64,000 nucleotides of DNA, from the NCBI GenBank assembly GCA_016699515.1, contig CP064978.1, forward strand, positions 682,554-746,553, in the 5' to 3' direction. The notes under the pieces were generated by a model, which was given only the letters and a program-made list of their open reading frames with translations, had not been told where the DNA came from and did no database searches. Below are positions 41,877 through 49,744 of the stretch, piece by piece (the first letter of the stretch is position 1; every line of letters starts with the position of its first letter). The position numbers and the translations under genes were made by a program. The stretch is from Candidatus Peregrinibacteria bacterium (lineage in GTDB: Bacteria; Patescibacteriota; Gracilibacteria; UM-FILTER-43-11).

Positions 41877-42533
41877 TTAAAGAAGTTTCTGACCCTTGTA
41901 TTCCAGCCCAGAGATTTCTCCGTTCAGATCTCCAAGCGTTTTTTCCGCGTCCAGCAATGTGAGCAATACCATCAGCATGTTCATTTCAAGTATGGCGTTG
42001 ATGATCTCGCGTTGGCTGCCGAAGCAGGCGCCGAGTGTAATGCTGTCGACCGTTCCCAAGAACATCTCGGCATGATTGTCGTGCCATTCGTGGAATTTCG
42101 AGACCACGACTTTTGGCACGCCATCTTGCTGCCACTGGGCTTCATACTGGCTTACAAGATTGAGCGTTTCCTGCGTGAACATTTGCCTGATATCCGCATT
42201 CGACATGTGTTCGTAATCGGTGGCGCAAACTCTTGTGATCATGTCCCGCCAAAGTTCGAACTTTGTTTCCAGCATGTCACTGAACATGGCTGTTCTGCCT
42301 GCGCAGTATGTGCCTTTGTAGTTCAGCTTAATATCGGGAAGTTTGTAGCGCAGAATGTAATCGACCTTTTGGAAGAAGGCGTGCTTTTTTGGATCAGCGA
42401 CACCTTGTTCCAGCATGCTGCGTTCCATTTGCTGGTATTTGAGCAGCGCGAATTTGATCAGGAAAAACATTCCCGCGCCCGCGAACACGGTCATGAATCC
42501 GTAATCCTGAATGTATTTGAGTATCTCTTCCAT
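41877..42533 (-). CDS. hypothetical membrane-anchored protein inside the head module
   Basis: The N-terminal TM segment is FMTVFAGAGMFFLIKFALL. No structural-protein motif was seen. Confidence 0.4.
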   Translation of the reverse strand: MEEILKYIQDYGFMTVFAGAGMFFLIKFALLKYQQMERSMLEQGVADPKKHAFFQKVDYILRYKLPDIKLNYKGTYCAGRTAMFSDMLETKFELWRDMITRVCATDYEHMSNADIRQMFTQETLNLVSQYEAQWQQDGVPKVVVSKFHEWHDNHAEMFLGTVDSITLGACFGSQREIINAILEMNMLMVLLTLLDAEKTLGDLNGEISGLEYKGQKLL

Positions 42534-42552
42534 GCGGGTTAGGTGTTAATAA

Positions 42553-42798
42553 TTAGCGTCTTCGGCGGGGATGTTCTTCTTGAGGTTCGTCGACGACGGT
42601 TGTTTCCTCGGAATTGGTTTCTTCCTTCGGCTCATCTTTTTTCTTTGAGCCAGATAATTCCTCGACATCCTTCGGGAATTTCTTTGCGATATTTTTCAGC
42701 CGTTCAATTTCTTTCGCGTCTTCGGTTTCGTATTCGCCGCGCTTGGCGAATTTCGTGTCCGATACCGCAACGGCTGATGCTTTAATGGTGAATTTCAT
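42553..42798 (-). CDS. hypothetical small charged protein
   Basis: 81-aa ORF located after the capsid gene. Confidence 0.4.
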   Translation of the reverse strand: MKFTIKASAVAVSDTKFAKRGEYETEDAKEIERLKNIAKKFPKDVEELSGSKKKDEPKEETNSEETTVVDEPQEEHPRRRR

Positions 42799-42819
42799 GT
42801 TGGTTGCGTTAAATAATTA

Positions 42820-42851
42820 AAAGCCAAGAAGGGGGAGGAAAAACCTCCCCC
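42820..42851 (-). terminator. strong hairpin / partial terminator after the capsid gene
   Basis: GGGGGAGG (42831-42838) pairs with CCTCCCCC (42844-42851). A T-rich tract follows on the minus strand. Confidence 0.5.
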
Positions 42852-42856
42852 AGTCT

Positions 42857-43987
42857 TTAGCTGATGCCGTACATGCGGGCGAAGTCAGTGACAACGTCCT
42901 TCACTTTGACGGTAAGTTGACCTTGCAAGGTCTCCTTCAAAGTTCGGGAGTTGGCAGGTTCTGGTTCAAAGCGGAGCTTGTCATCCACGAACCATGTCTT
43001 GCCGAGCTTGCGGGTGTTCACGACGTACATTTCACCGAATGAATGGCGCAAGAACGGATCGGCCACGATTTTCAGCACGCCCACGCCTTCGCCTTCGTAC
43101 TGGTCAACCAGCACGCCAGCCATGCGTTCCTCTCGGGAGTAGCGCGTGTTTGACGCGTTGAATCCGTTGATCACGCTCTTGATGTCTGGGGAGCAGAGAA
43201 TGGTATCGGGGCTGCCGCCGCGTCTTGCCATTTCCAAGAGCACGTTTTTAAGGTGCGTTTCGGTGAAGGCGCCTGAGACGTTGTAGTTGAAGGCGTCGGA
43301 AGTGTTTTCGATGAAGTGCTTCAATCCGCCGAATGAACGCGGAGTGGTCTTGCTGCCAGCCGATGGCTTACCGAAGAGCACGGCTTGATTGAGCTTTTTC
43401 AATGCTCGCGTCATGGCTTTTGTGCGCTCATCGTTGAGCTTGTCGGTGACATCGAGATATTTTTGCTTTTGCGCGGTAAGCGTGATTTCGATCGGTTCTT
43501 CCACGATCTGGGTGAAGTTCAATTGCTCGATTGAATCCTCAAGCAAGCTGTCGCCGTTCACGGTTCCTTCCACATTCGCGTTGCCGAGAATGAAGATGGA
43601 AGCGGTGGCAAGGTGGGTAGCGGCGGAAGTTCCGCCGTGGCCGCGTCCGTACACGTCGATAGTGTTGCCCGTGCGATCCACGGTTTTCACGACGACGTAT
43701 TCGTCTTCAATGCGCAAAACATCGCCGACGTTTACGAGTTGGGCGAATTCAGCGCTTACAGGCAATCCCGTTGTAGCGGAATCGTCCCAGTCGCCAACGC
43801 CCACTTCGCCTTCCAGCGCGTAGGTCTTGGCGTCGTACCACTTGATTTTAGTTGTGTTGATCGGTTCGAACTCTGGGAATAAATCCAGAGAAGTGGTCAG
43901 CTTCGGATCGATCATGACCGCAATCCCTTTGACGAGTTCGTCGAGAAAAGGACTGTCATAGGTCGCGTATTTTCCTGCGATAATCAT
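42857..43987 (-). CDS. major capsid protein (putative)
   Basis: 376 aa, directly downstream of the scaffold gene and followed by a strong hairpin. No motif was read by eye. Confidence 0.55.
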   Translation of the reverse strand: MIIAGKYATYDSPFLDELVKGIAVMIDPKLTTSLDLFPEFEPINTTKIKWYDAKTYALEGEVGVGDWDDSATTGLPVSAEFAQLVNVGDVLRIEDEYVVVKTVDRTGNTIDVYGRGHGGTSAATHLATASIFILGNANVEGTVNGDSLLEDSIEQLNFTQIVEEPIEITLTAQKQKYLDVTDKLNDERTKAMTRALKKLNQAVLFGKPSAGSKTTPRSFGGLKHFIENTSDAFNYNVSGAFTETHLKNVLLEMARRGGSPDTILCSPDIKSVINGFNASNTRYSREERMAGVLVDQYEGEGVGVLKIVADPFLRHSFGEMYVVNTRKLGKTWFVDDKLRFEPEPANSRTLKETLQGQLTVKVKDVVTDFARMYGIS

Positions 43988-44013
43988 GTTATTGAAAGTT
44001 AAATATTAAGGCG

Positions 44014-44679
44014 TTATGTGGTCTGATTTTTCAGAGTCACGATTTCTTGCCCCAGCTTCATGATCTCTCTGCGTTCAGGCTCAGACAGGAATTCGCCCTT
44101 TTGGCGTTTCTGCATGAGTTCGTCGTAGCGCTGTTTCTTCGCTTCGACCTCGGAGAGGTTCTTGCTATTGGGCGGAATAGGAGCGCCTGTAGTGCTTTTC
44201 TCTCCCATGAGCAGCGCGCGGTTCTTGGCGATATATTTCAGTTTCGCCACCGTGGAAAGTTCATCGGGAATGAGAGCTTTCTTGTCATCGGGAATCTTTT
44301 CGAGTTCCTGAGCCAAGACTTCCTGTACCGTTTCTTCATACTGGGTCAGCTGCTCTTTGGTTTTGCCAGCGGACTCAAGTTCCTTGTCTTTCTCGGCGAG
44401 AATTTCCTTGTACTTGCCTTGTTCTTCGAGCTCTTTGCGCTTCCGTTTCTCCTCTTCCTTATCGCGCTTGTCGATCTCGTCCTTGTACTTATTTTTCTCG
44501 TCGATGACTTCGCGGAAACGGCTCATAGGAACCATTTGCTCCTGCTTTTTATCGTCTTCGCCTGACGGGGTCTTGTTAGCGTCCTGACCAGACGGTGAAG
44601 GTGTTTTATCGTCTTTGCCTTCGTTGTTGACGGGAGGAGTTTTTACGCCGTCCTCATTGGCGGGATTTTGAGTTGTCAT
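44014..44679 (-). CDS. scaffolding protein
   Basis: 221 aa. It has a K/E-rich coiled coil (EEEKRKRKELEEQGKYKEILAEKDKELE) and sits just upstream of the capsid gene. Confidence 0.6.
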   Translation of the reverse strand: MTTQNPANEDGVKTPPVNNEGKDDKTPSPSGQDANKTPSGEDDKKQEQMVPMSRFREVIDEKNKYKDEIDKRDKEEEKRKRKELEEQGKYKEILAEKDKELESAGKTKEQLTQYEETVQEVLAQELEKIPDDKKALIPDELSTVAKLKYIAKNRALLMGEKSTTGAPIPPNSKNLSEVEAKKQRYDELMQKRQKGEFLSEPERREIMKLGQEIVTLKNQTT

Positions 44680-44728
44680 AGCTGGGGTGATTAATAAACA
44701 TTTTTACGCCTTAGTGTTGGCGGTAACG

Positions 44729-44777
44729 AAAAAAGACCAGTTCGGTGTCCGCGACATGCGGGGACAAACTGGTCTTT
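44729..44777 (-). terminator. intrinsic terminator closing the cargo island
   Basis: On the minus strand, AAGACCAGTT pairs with AACTGGTCTT, with an inner GTCCGC/GCGGGAC stem. TTTTTT follows. Confidence 0.7.
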
Positions 44778-44848
44778 AAGACTATTTCTTACTAATCAAT
44801 TATACCAATTCGGTATGACAATGCAAGGGGTTTGGCTGTGGAAAAATA

Positions 44849-44995
44849 TCAGTTCAATTCCATAGCTTCATCGATATCAATATCACCGTTGGATACGAGC
44901 TCTTGCAGCTCATCGCTCAGCTCTTTGAAGTCCTCAATTTCCGAGGAATCCAATTCACCGTCGGCTACCATTTGTAAAATCTCTTCATCGTCCAT
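44849..44995 (-). CDS. 48-aa hyper-acidic protein (19 Asp/Glu, 1 Lys)
   Basis: Own codon-by-codon translation gives MDDEEILQMVADGELDSSEIEDFKELSDELQELVSNGDIDIDEAMELN. It is below the ORF-track size cut-off. Its ATG overlaps the end of the upstream nuclease gene by 11 nt. Confidence 0.5.
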   Translation of the reverse strand: MDDEEILQMVADGELDSSEIEDFKELSDELQELVSNGDIDIDEAMELN

Positions 44996-45746
44996 AGCTT
45001 TGTTGGTTAATGGCGTTCACGTATGCGCAGTAGTCACAATCTTCCGAAGCTTCGGGGATAATGTCGGCATTAAGGCAGTTATGGGCACCGATAACGGCTT
45101 TTTCTACCCAGCTATCATTGCCAGTGTAGGGAATAAGAGTTACATCGAATTCAAGCTTGCCATCGAAGGCTGCGCGATCCGCTTTGCCATTACAGTATAC
45201 AAAATAGCCCGTATCCGAAACCGTCAGCCCTCTTTTGCGGAGCAGCCATTGATACACTTCCATTTGGCGTTTATAGCCATCATGCCAGTCCTTGTTGAGC
45301 TCAGTGATCTCTTCGTCTTTGGCAGTGGCCTTATAATCCACGACAACGTATTCGCCCTTGGAGTTCTGCCAAAGGTCATCAATCGCGCCGTAAATGAGGA
45401 GATTCGTCGGTTCATGGATATACTGAATGCCAGTGAAGTTATGGCGCCACTTGGCCAAGTCTTCATGGGGGATCGGACGTGCGTCGACTCCGTATTTTTC
45501 TATCAGAGCGTGCTTCGTCCCATTAGTGCGGTGTGTGTCAAATTCTTTTTTGAGTAATGCATCGACCGCGCTGTTCAACGAGAACGGAAAACCAGGTGGG
45601 CGACCTACGCCGAGTTTGCGGTCAAAATAAAAACATCGAGGGCAACTCAAAAACAGATCGATCTTCGAGCGGCTGAGTTTAAATGGCTCAGTGTCTTTTG
45701 GATCGTACAGGTTTCTAGTGCGTTGTGGCGTGTAGTATTCTGACAT
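44985..45746 (-). CDS. Cas4-like PD-(D/E)XK nuclease with a Cys cluster
   Basis: The nuclease motifs are IYGAIDDL, YVVVDYKAT and RQMEVYQWLL. The cysteines lie in CPRCFY near the N-terminus and in C...CDYC near the C-terminus. GC is phage-like (48% in 45301-45360). Confidence 0.65.
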   Translation of the reverse strand: MSEYYTPQRTRNLYDPKDTEPFKLSRSKIDLFLSCPRCFYFDRKLGVGRPPGFPFSLNSAVDALLKKEFDTHRTNGTKHALIEKYGVDARPIPHEDLAKWRHNFTGIQYIHEPTNLLIYGAIDDLWQNSKGEYVVVDYKATAKDEEITELNKDWHDGYKRQMEVYQWLLRKRGLTVSDTGYFVYCNGKADRAAFDGKLEFDVTLIPYTGNDSWVEKAVIGAHNCLNADIIPEASEDCDYCAYVNAINQQSYGR

Positions 45747-45748
45747 AG

Positions 45749-48517
45749 TTATTTGAGGCTATATTTATTTTTTCTTCGTTCAAATGCTTCTTTGCCTCCC
45801 TCTAGAATCTTGCAAACACTAGCTATGATTTTTGGATTTTCTAGCGAACCAGAAGAGTAACTCAGTTTTTCTTCAGTGTTGTTTGCAATCACTACCTGCT
45901 CCGCATCTGCATTTACGACTAGATTAGCGTTGTGTGTAACGATTATAATTTGTCTGTACTTCTTGAGTTCTTTAAAGATGTCTATCAATTCGTTCATTAT
46001 GAATTCATTATCAAGATCATCTTCTGGTTGGTCAAAGATTATTGGCTTTGAGAAAGCATCTGTAGCCAACTTTAAGCAAAGGTAAACAGTTCCTCGCTGC
46101 CCAACAGAGAGCTGATCAAGCCTTTTCCCTCCATATGTGATTTTTGGAATCGTTTTGAGGTATTCGCCTCTATCTTTTAACCCAAAAAACACGTCGGCAA
46201 TTCCTACAAAACGTTCTGCGTTCTCTCCCTCAAGGTATTCTTTCAAAGAAGTGGCGATGAAATTAACCCAGTCTTCAAGTGAGTGAATCTTAAATTTTGC
46301 TATTAGAGCTTGTTTATCACGAAAGGTACGGCGATCAACCGTAGCAAGTAATTTGTTGTAGAACGCCTCTTCATCAAAGACTAATTCACCCTGAACGGCA
46401 ATTTTACCTTCTTTAAGAAGGATTTTTTCGATCAAAGTTTTATTTGCTGTCCCATGGTTATCAAGTATTCCTGACCACGCTCGATCAATCTCATTCTTTT
46501 GACGCTCATACTCTGACTTAATTTTCTCACCCAATCCCTCTCTTTCAGATAGCGTGGTTGTTAGTGAGGATTCTTGTTTAGCGATTGCTTCCAGCTGTTT
46601 TTCAGCCCACTGAATATTTGACTGGTAAGTCTTTGCGTTATCAAGCAGACTCGAAAGATCACCAGTAAAACCTTCCTGTTCAAACTCTGATTTAATTTTT
46701 TGATTTTCTTCTTCTTTTCCTTTCTTTTGCTCAAGAAGCTTCCACTTATTGTGAGCTATAGCCTCATTTTGCGTCTTAAAGTCTACCTGAGGAATTTTCT
46801 GGAAGCCCTTACTCTCATCAAGGGTTTTATTGTTTTCATCAATATTTTCGTTGAATGCGTTCTGTGTCTCAGTTAGCTCTTCAGAAAGATTATCTAGGGC
46901 GGTCACTTTTGATTCGAGAACCCGTATCTCATTAATGTTGGCCGTATATGTGGCGAGTTTTTTCTTGTTCTTCTCTGTGGTGATGCTTTTTAACAATTCT
47001 TCACTACGCTTCTTTTGAGATTCAACAAACGTTTTATCATTCAGCTTGCGCCCGTCTTCGTCTTCATATGCAAACCACGACTGCAAATCGTCAATATTTT
47101 TTAGGGTTTCTTGAATTTCTCGATCGAGCGACTGAGAAAAAAATAAGTCCTCGATCTTTAGAAGTTTTTTGACTTCGCCTGCAATAGCACCTTTCTCTGA
47201 AACCTCTTTTAAACGACGCTGAGGAATGTAAATGAAATCTAGATAATTTTCCTCTCCACCTTTATAATTTTCCGTGGTTGGATTGGGAAGATTGTCTTTG
47301 GCGTATAAAATTTCAAAATCTTCAGAATTTGAATAAGCAGAATCCGATGGCCGATGATTTTTAAAGAGGTGTGCCCAATAATCAACCATCATGCTCTTAC
47401 CCATGCCACGTCCACCGATAATGGATACCAAATTTTTATTTAAGGGTAGTTTGGTTTTAGAAAAGTAAACCTGATCCTTATCATTCTGAAAAATACCAAC
47501 CTCGTTATTGATATTCAGCTCTGAGAAGTATGGTCGATTGTACTCGTATGAAGGATTAGCTTCTTGAATTTTTACTCTTTCTGAAGGCTCGTAAAGTAAC
47601 TGCTTTAGACCATCAAAGGTTGGATCAGCTTTAATCCATGTAAATCTCTGGTTGTCTGGTTCAAATAGTTTGTCGTATGTATGACAATCTGATCCCCAAA
47701 CACAGGGCTTCAAGCTTTTAAATTCGTCTATGTATTGCTGAGGGCTCTCATGCTTCCTTCCTAGCCCCCATTCTATAGTTGCTGGATTCGAGCTGATTAG
47801 GGCATCAGATTTTTGGATGTAAACTTTTCTAACATTATGATCTTGTCCGTTCCATGAGATAGCACTTAAATCCTCATCGGAAGGGACACACATGAGATAC
47901 ATTCCTTCGAATTTTGATTTTTTGTTTGTCAGTATTTCTGCAATTTGAGAATGATTTACAACTGCACATTTCATCCCAACAAACAAATCAGAATCAGATT
48001 GAAATTCCGTGTGCTCTTGCTTTAGTTTTTTACCTAGCTCTTCTAGGTTTGATATTTTTAGCTTCCATTTCTCGTCAGTACCCTGAGGATTCCCTTCATA
48101 GATAAAATCTAAATCGTGGAGGAAATTTTCTTCAATATCCGTGATTGAAACGTCATCGGAAAAAATTACATGAAAATTTACCCGATTCCCGTTTACCAGA
48201 GTATCGAGGCGAAACTCTATGTTAGGGAAAAATGTGATTTTTTTGATTTGCTCGATTTCTTCTGCCGTAAATAATTCGGCAAGTTTCGTGTCATTGCCAA
48301 GATAGTCTTGCTTGATTTTTTTGTATCCTTCAATACAAAAATAGTCAGTGATTCCAACTACAGCAACTTGCTTTTCGATCGCTGCCTTGAATAGTTTTTT
48401 AACGTACTCTTCAAAATTGTCACCAAAACCATTATTCAAATGCGAAAAAGGGGTGTGAACCTGCAAGTCCCATTTTCTCCATTTTGATCCGCGCATGTTT
48501 TGGTCTATTTGACTCAT
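45749..48517 (-). CDS. PHP phosphoesterase domain fused to a Rad50/SbcC-like coiled-coil ABC ATPase
   Basis: The PHP ligand pattern is DLQVHT (aa 17-22), GITDYF, NIEFR, NFHVIF and GSDCHT (aa 275-280). Walker A is GGRGMGKS (aa 368-375). About 430 aa of heptad-rich sequence follow. Then come the signature LSVGQRG (aa 803), Walker B IIFDQPEDDLD and the H-loop VTHNANL. Confidence 0.7.
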   Translation of the reverse strand: MSQIDQNMRGSKWRKWDLQVHTPFSHLNNGFGDNFEEYVKKLFKAAIEKQVAVVGITDYFCIEGYKKIKQDYLGNDTKLAELFTAEEIEQIKKITFFPNIEFRLDTLVNGNRVNFHVIFSDDVSITDIEENFLHDLDFIYEGNPQGTDEKWKLKISNLEELGKKLKQEHTEFQSDSDLFVGMKCAVVNHSQIAEILTNKKSKFEGMYLMCVPSDEDLSAISWNGQDHNVRKVYIQKSDALISSNPATIEWGLGRKHESPQQYIDEFKSLKPCVWGSDCHTYDKLFEPDNQRFTWIKADPTFDGLKQLLYEPSERVKIQEANPSYEYNRPYFSELNINNEVGIFQNDKDQVYFSKTKLPLNKNLVSIIGGRGMGKSMMVDYWAHLFKNHRPSDSAYSNSEDFEILYAKDNLPNPTTENYKGGEENYLDFIYIPQRRLKEVSEKGAIAGEVKKLLKIEDLFFSQSLDREIQETLKNIDDLQSWFAYEDEDGRKLNDKTFVESQKKRSEELLKSITTEKNKKKLATYTANINEIRVLESKVTALDNLSEELTETQNAFNENIDENNKTLDESKGFQKIPQVDFKTQNEAIAHNKWKLLEQKKGKEEENQKIKSEFEQEGFTGDLSSLLDNAKTYQSNIQWAEKQLEAIAKQESSLTTTLSEREGLGEKIKSEYERQKNEIDRAWSGILDNHGTANKTLIEKILLKEGKIAVQGELVFDEEAFYNKLLATVDRRTFRDKQALIAKFKIHSLEDWVNFIATSLKEYLEGENAERFVGIADVFFGLKDRGEYLKTIPKITYGGKRLDQLSVGQRGTVYLCLKLATDAFSKPIIFDQPEDDLDNEFIMNELIDIFKELKKYRQIIIVTHNANLVVNADAEQVVIANNTEEKLSYSSGSLENPKIIASVCKILEGGKEAFERRKNKYSLK

Positions 48518-48580
48518 AAATTTCAGGGTTAAGTTAGTATTTCCGCACCCCTAGATTCGTGAGTGTGGTTATGTTATCCA

Positions 48581-49744
48581 TTAGCTTATAGAAAATATGT
48601 CATTAGGATCGCAATCTAGCTTCTTGCAGAGTTTTTCAAGCAAATCAAAGCTTATTGCTTGGGTTTTGTTATTCGCGATAGCCCAAAGCTGTTGGTAGCT
48701 GATGCCAGTATCTTTGTGTAGTTGGTGAAGGTTCTTTTGTTTACTCTTCAAGAGACTATTTAAGTTAATGGTGATATTTGAACTTTTTTGCTCACATTCA
48801 TTAAGCTGAAGGACGAGATGATTGAAAACATTCCACATCATGACTGGTGCAATTGCGTTTCCGATCTGCCTATAAGCATTGAGATCGGTTCCGATAAATT
48901 TAAAATCATCAGGGAAAGATTGTATTCTTGCTGCTTCTAGAGGGGTAAAGCGGCGATATGCATCTTTTCCCGTAGATAATACTGGATCAGTTCCATTCAA
49001 ACTTACTTTTGCCAAATGGGCATTGATCGTATTGCACGGCTCGTTAATATTTTGCGCACGCCCCTTGTTAAAAGCCTTATTAGCTTTTTTTAATCCCTCA
49101 ATTGCTCTTTTCGAGAAATGGTACTTAGGATCAACTTTTTCCTCATCCAATAAAACTTTTTTTAGCGGCACCCATTTTTTTACTGCTTTTGAAGGGAATC
49201 TATAAAATACATTAAAATCTTTTCTGATTCCTATAATAAAAACTCTCTCTCGCTTTTGTGGAACTCCATAATCTGCGGCATTCAGGATTTTATACACGAC
49301 GTTATATCCTGCATCTGAAAATGTCTCTAATATATGCTCCAAAACTTTACCGCCGTGAATATTGGTTAATCCTTTTACGTTTTCGCCGATAAAAGCTTTT
49401 GGTTGCTTATCGATAAGTATACGAGCCATTTCATTGAATAATTGCCCTCTTGGGTCACTCATGCCCTTCCTTTGACCTACGATACTGAATGTTTGGCAAG
49501 GAAAGCCGCCCATCAATACGTCATGGTCTGGAATCTCCGATGATGGAACTTCTAGGATGCTTTTGCAGGAGATATGATCTCCGAAATTAGCACGGTAGGT
49601 TTCCGTAGCTGCTTGATCAATGTCATTGGCATATACAATTTTTGTTGGATGTTTGTCAAACTTTTTTCCGAGAAACTTAAACCCACCAAGGGCACCTAGG
49701 TCGCTACCGCCACATCCTGCAAATAGTGAAGCTATAGTAATCAT
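48581..49744 (-). CDS. DNA (cytosine-5) methyltransferase with a C-terminal XRE-type HTH
   Basis: The motifs are I SLFAGCGG, IV GGFPCQTFS, VI ENVKGL, VIII QKRERVF, IX EAARIQSFPDDF and X GNAIAPV. The C-terminus, LHKDTGISYQQLWAIANNKTQAISFDLLEKLCKKLDC, is HTH-like. An ATGA overlap couples it to the upstream gene. Confidence 0.85.
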   Translation of the reverse strand: MITIASLFAGCGGSDLGALGGFKFLGKKFDKHPTKIVYANDIDQAATETYRANFGDHISCKSILEVPSSEIPDHDVLMGGFPCQTFSIVGQRKGMSDPRGQLFNEMARILIDKQPKAFIGENVKGLTNIHGGKVLEHILETFSDAGYNVVYKILNAADYGVPQKRERVFIIGIRKDFNVFYRFPSKAVKKWVPLKKVLLDEEKVDPKYHFSKRAIEGLKKANKAFNKGRAQNINEPCNTINAHLAKVSLNGTDPVLSTGKDAYRRFTPLEAARIQSFPDDFKFIGTDLNAYRQIGNAIAPVMMWNVFNHLVLQLNECEQKSSNITINLNSLLKSKQKNLHQLHKDTGISYQQLWAIANNKTQAISFDLLEKLCKKLDCDPNDIFSIS

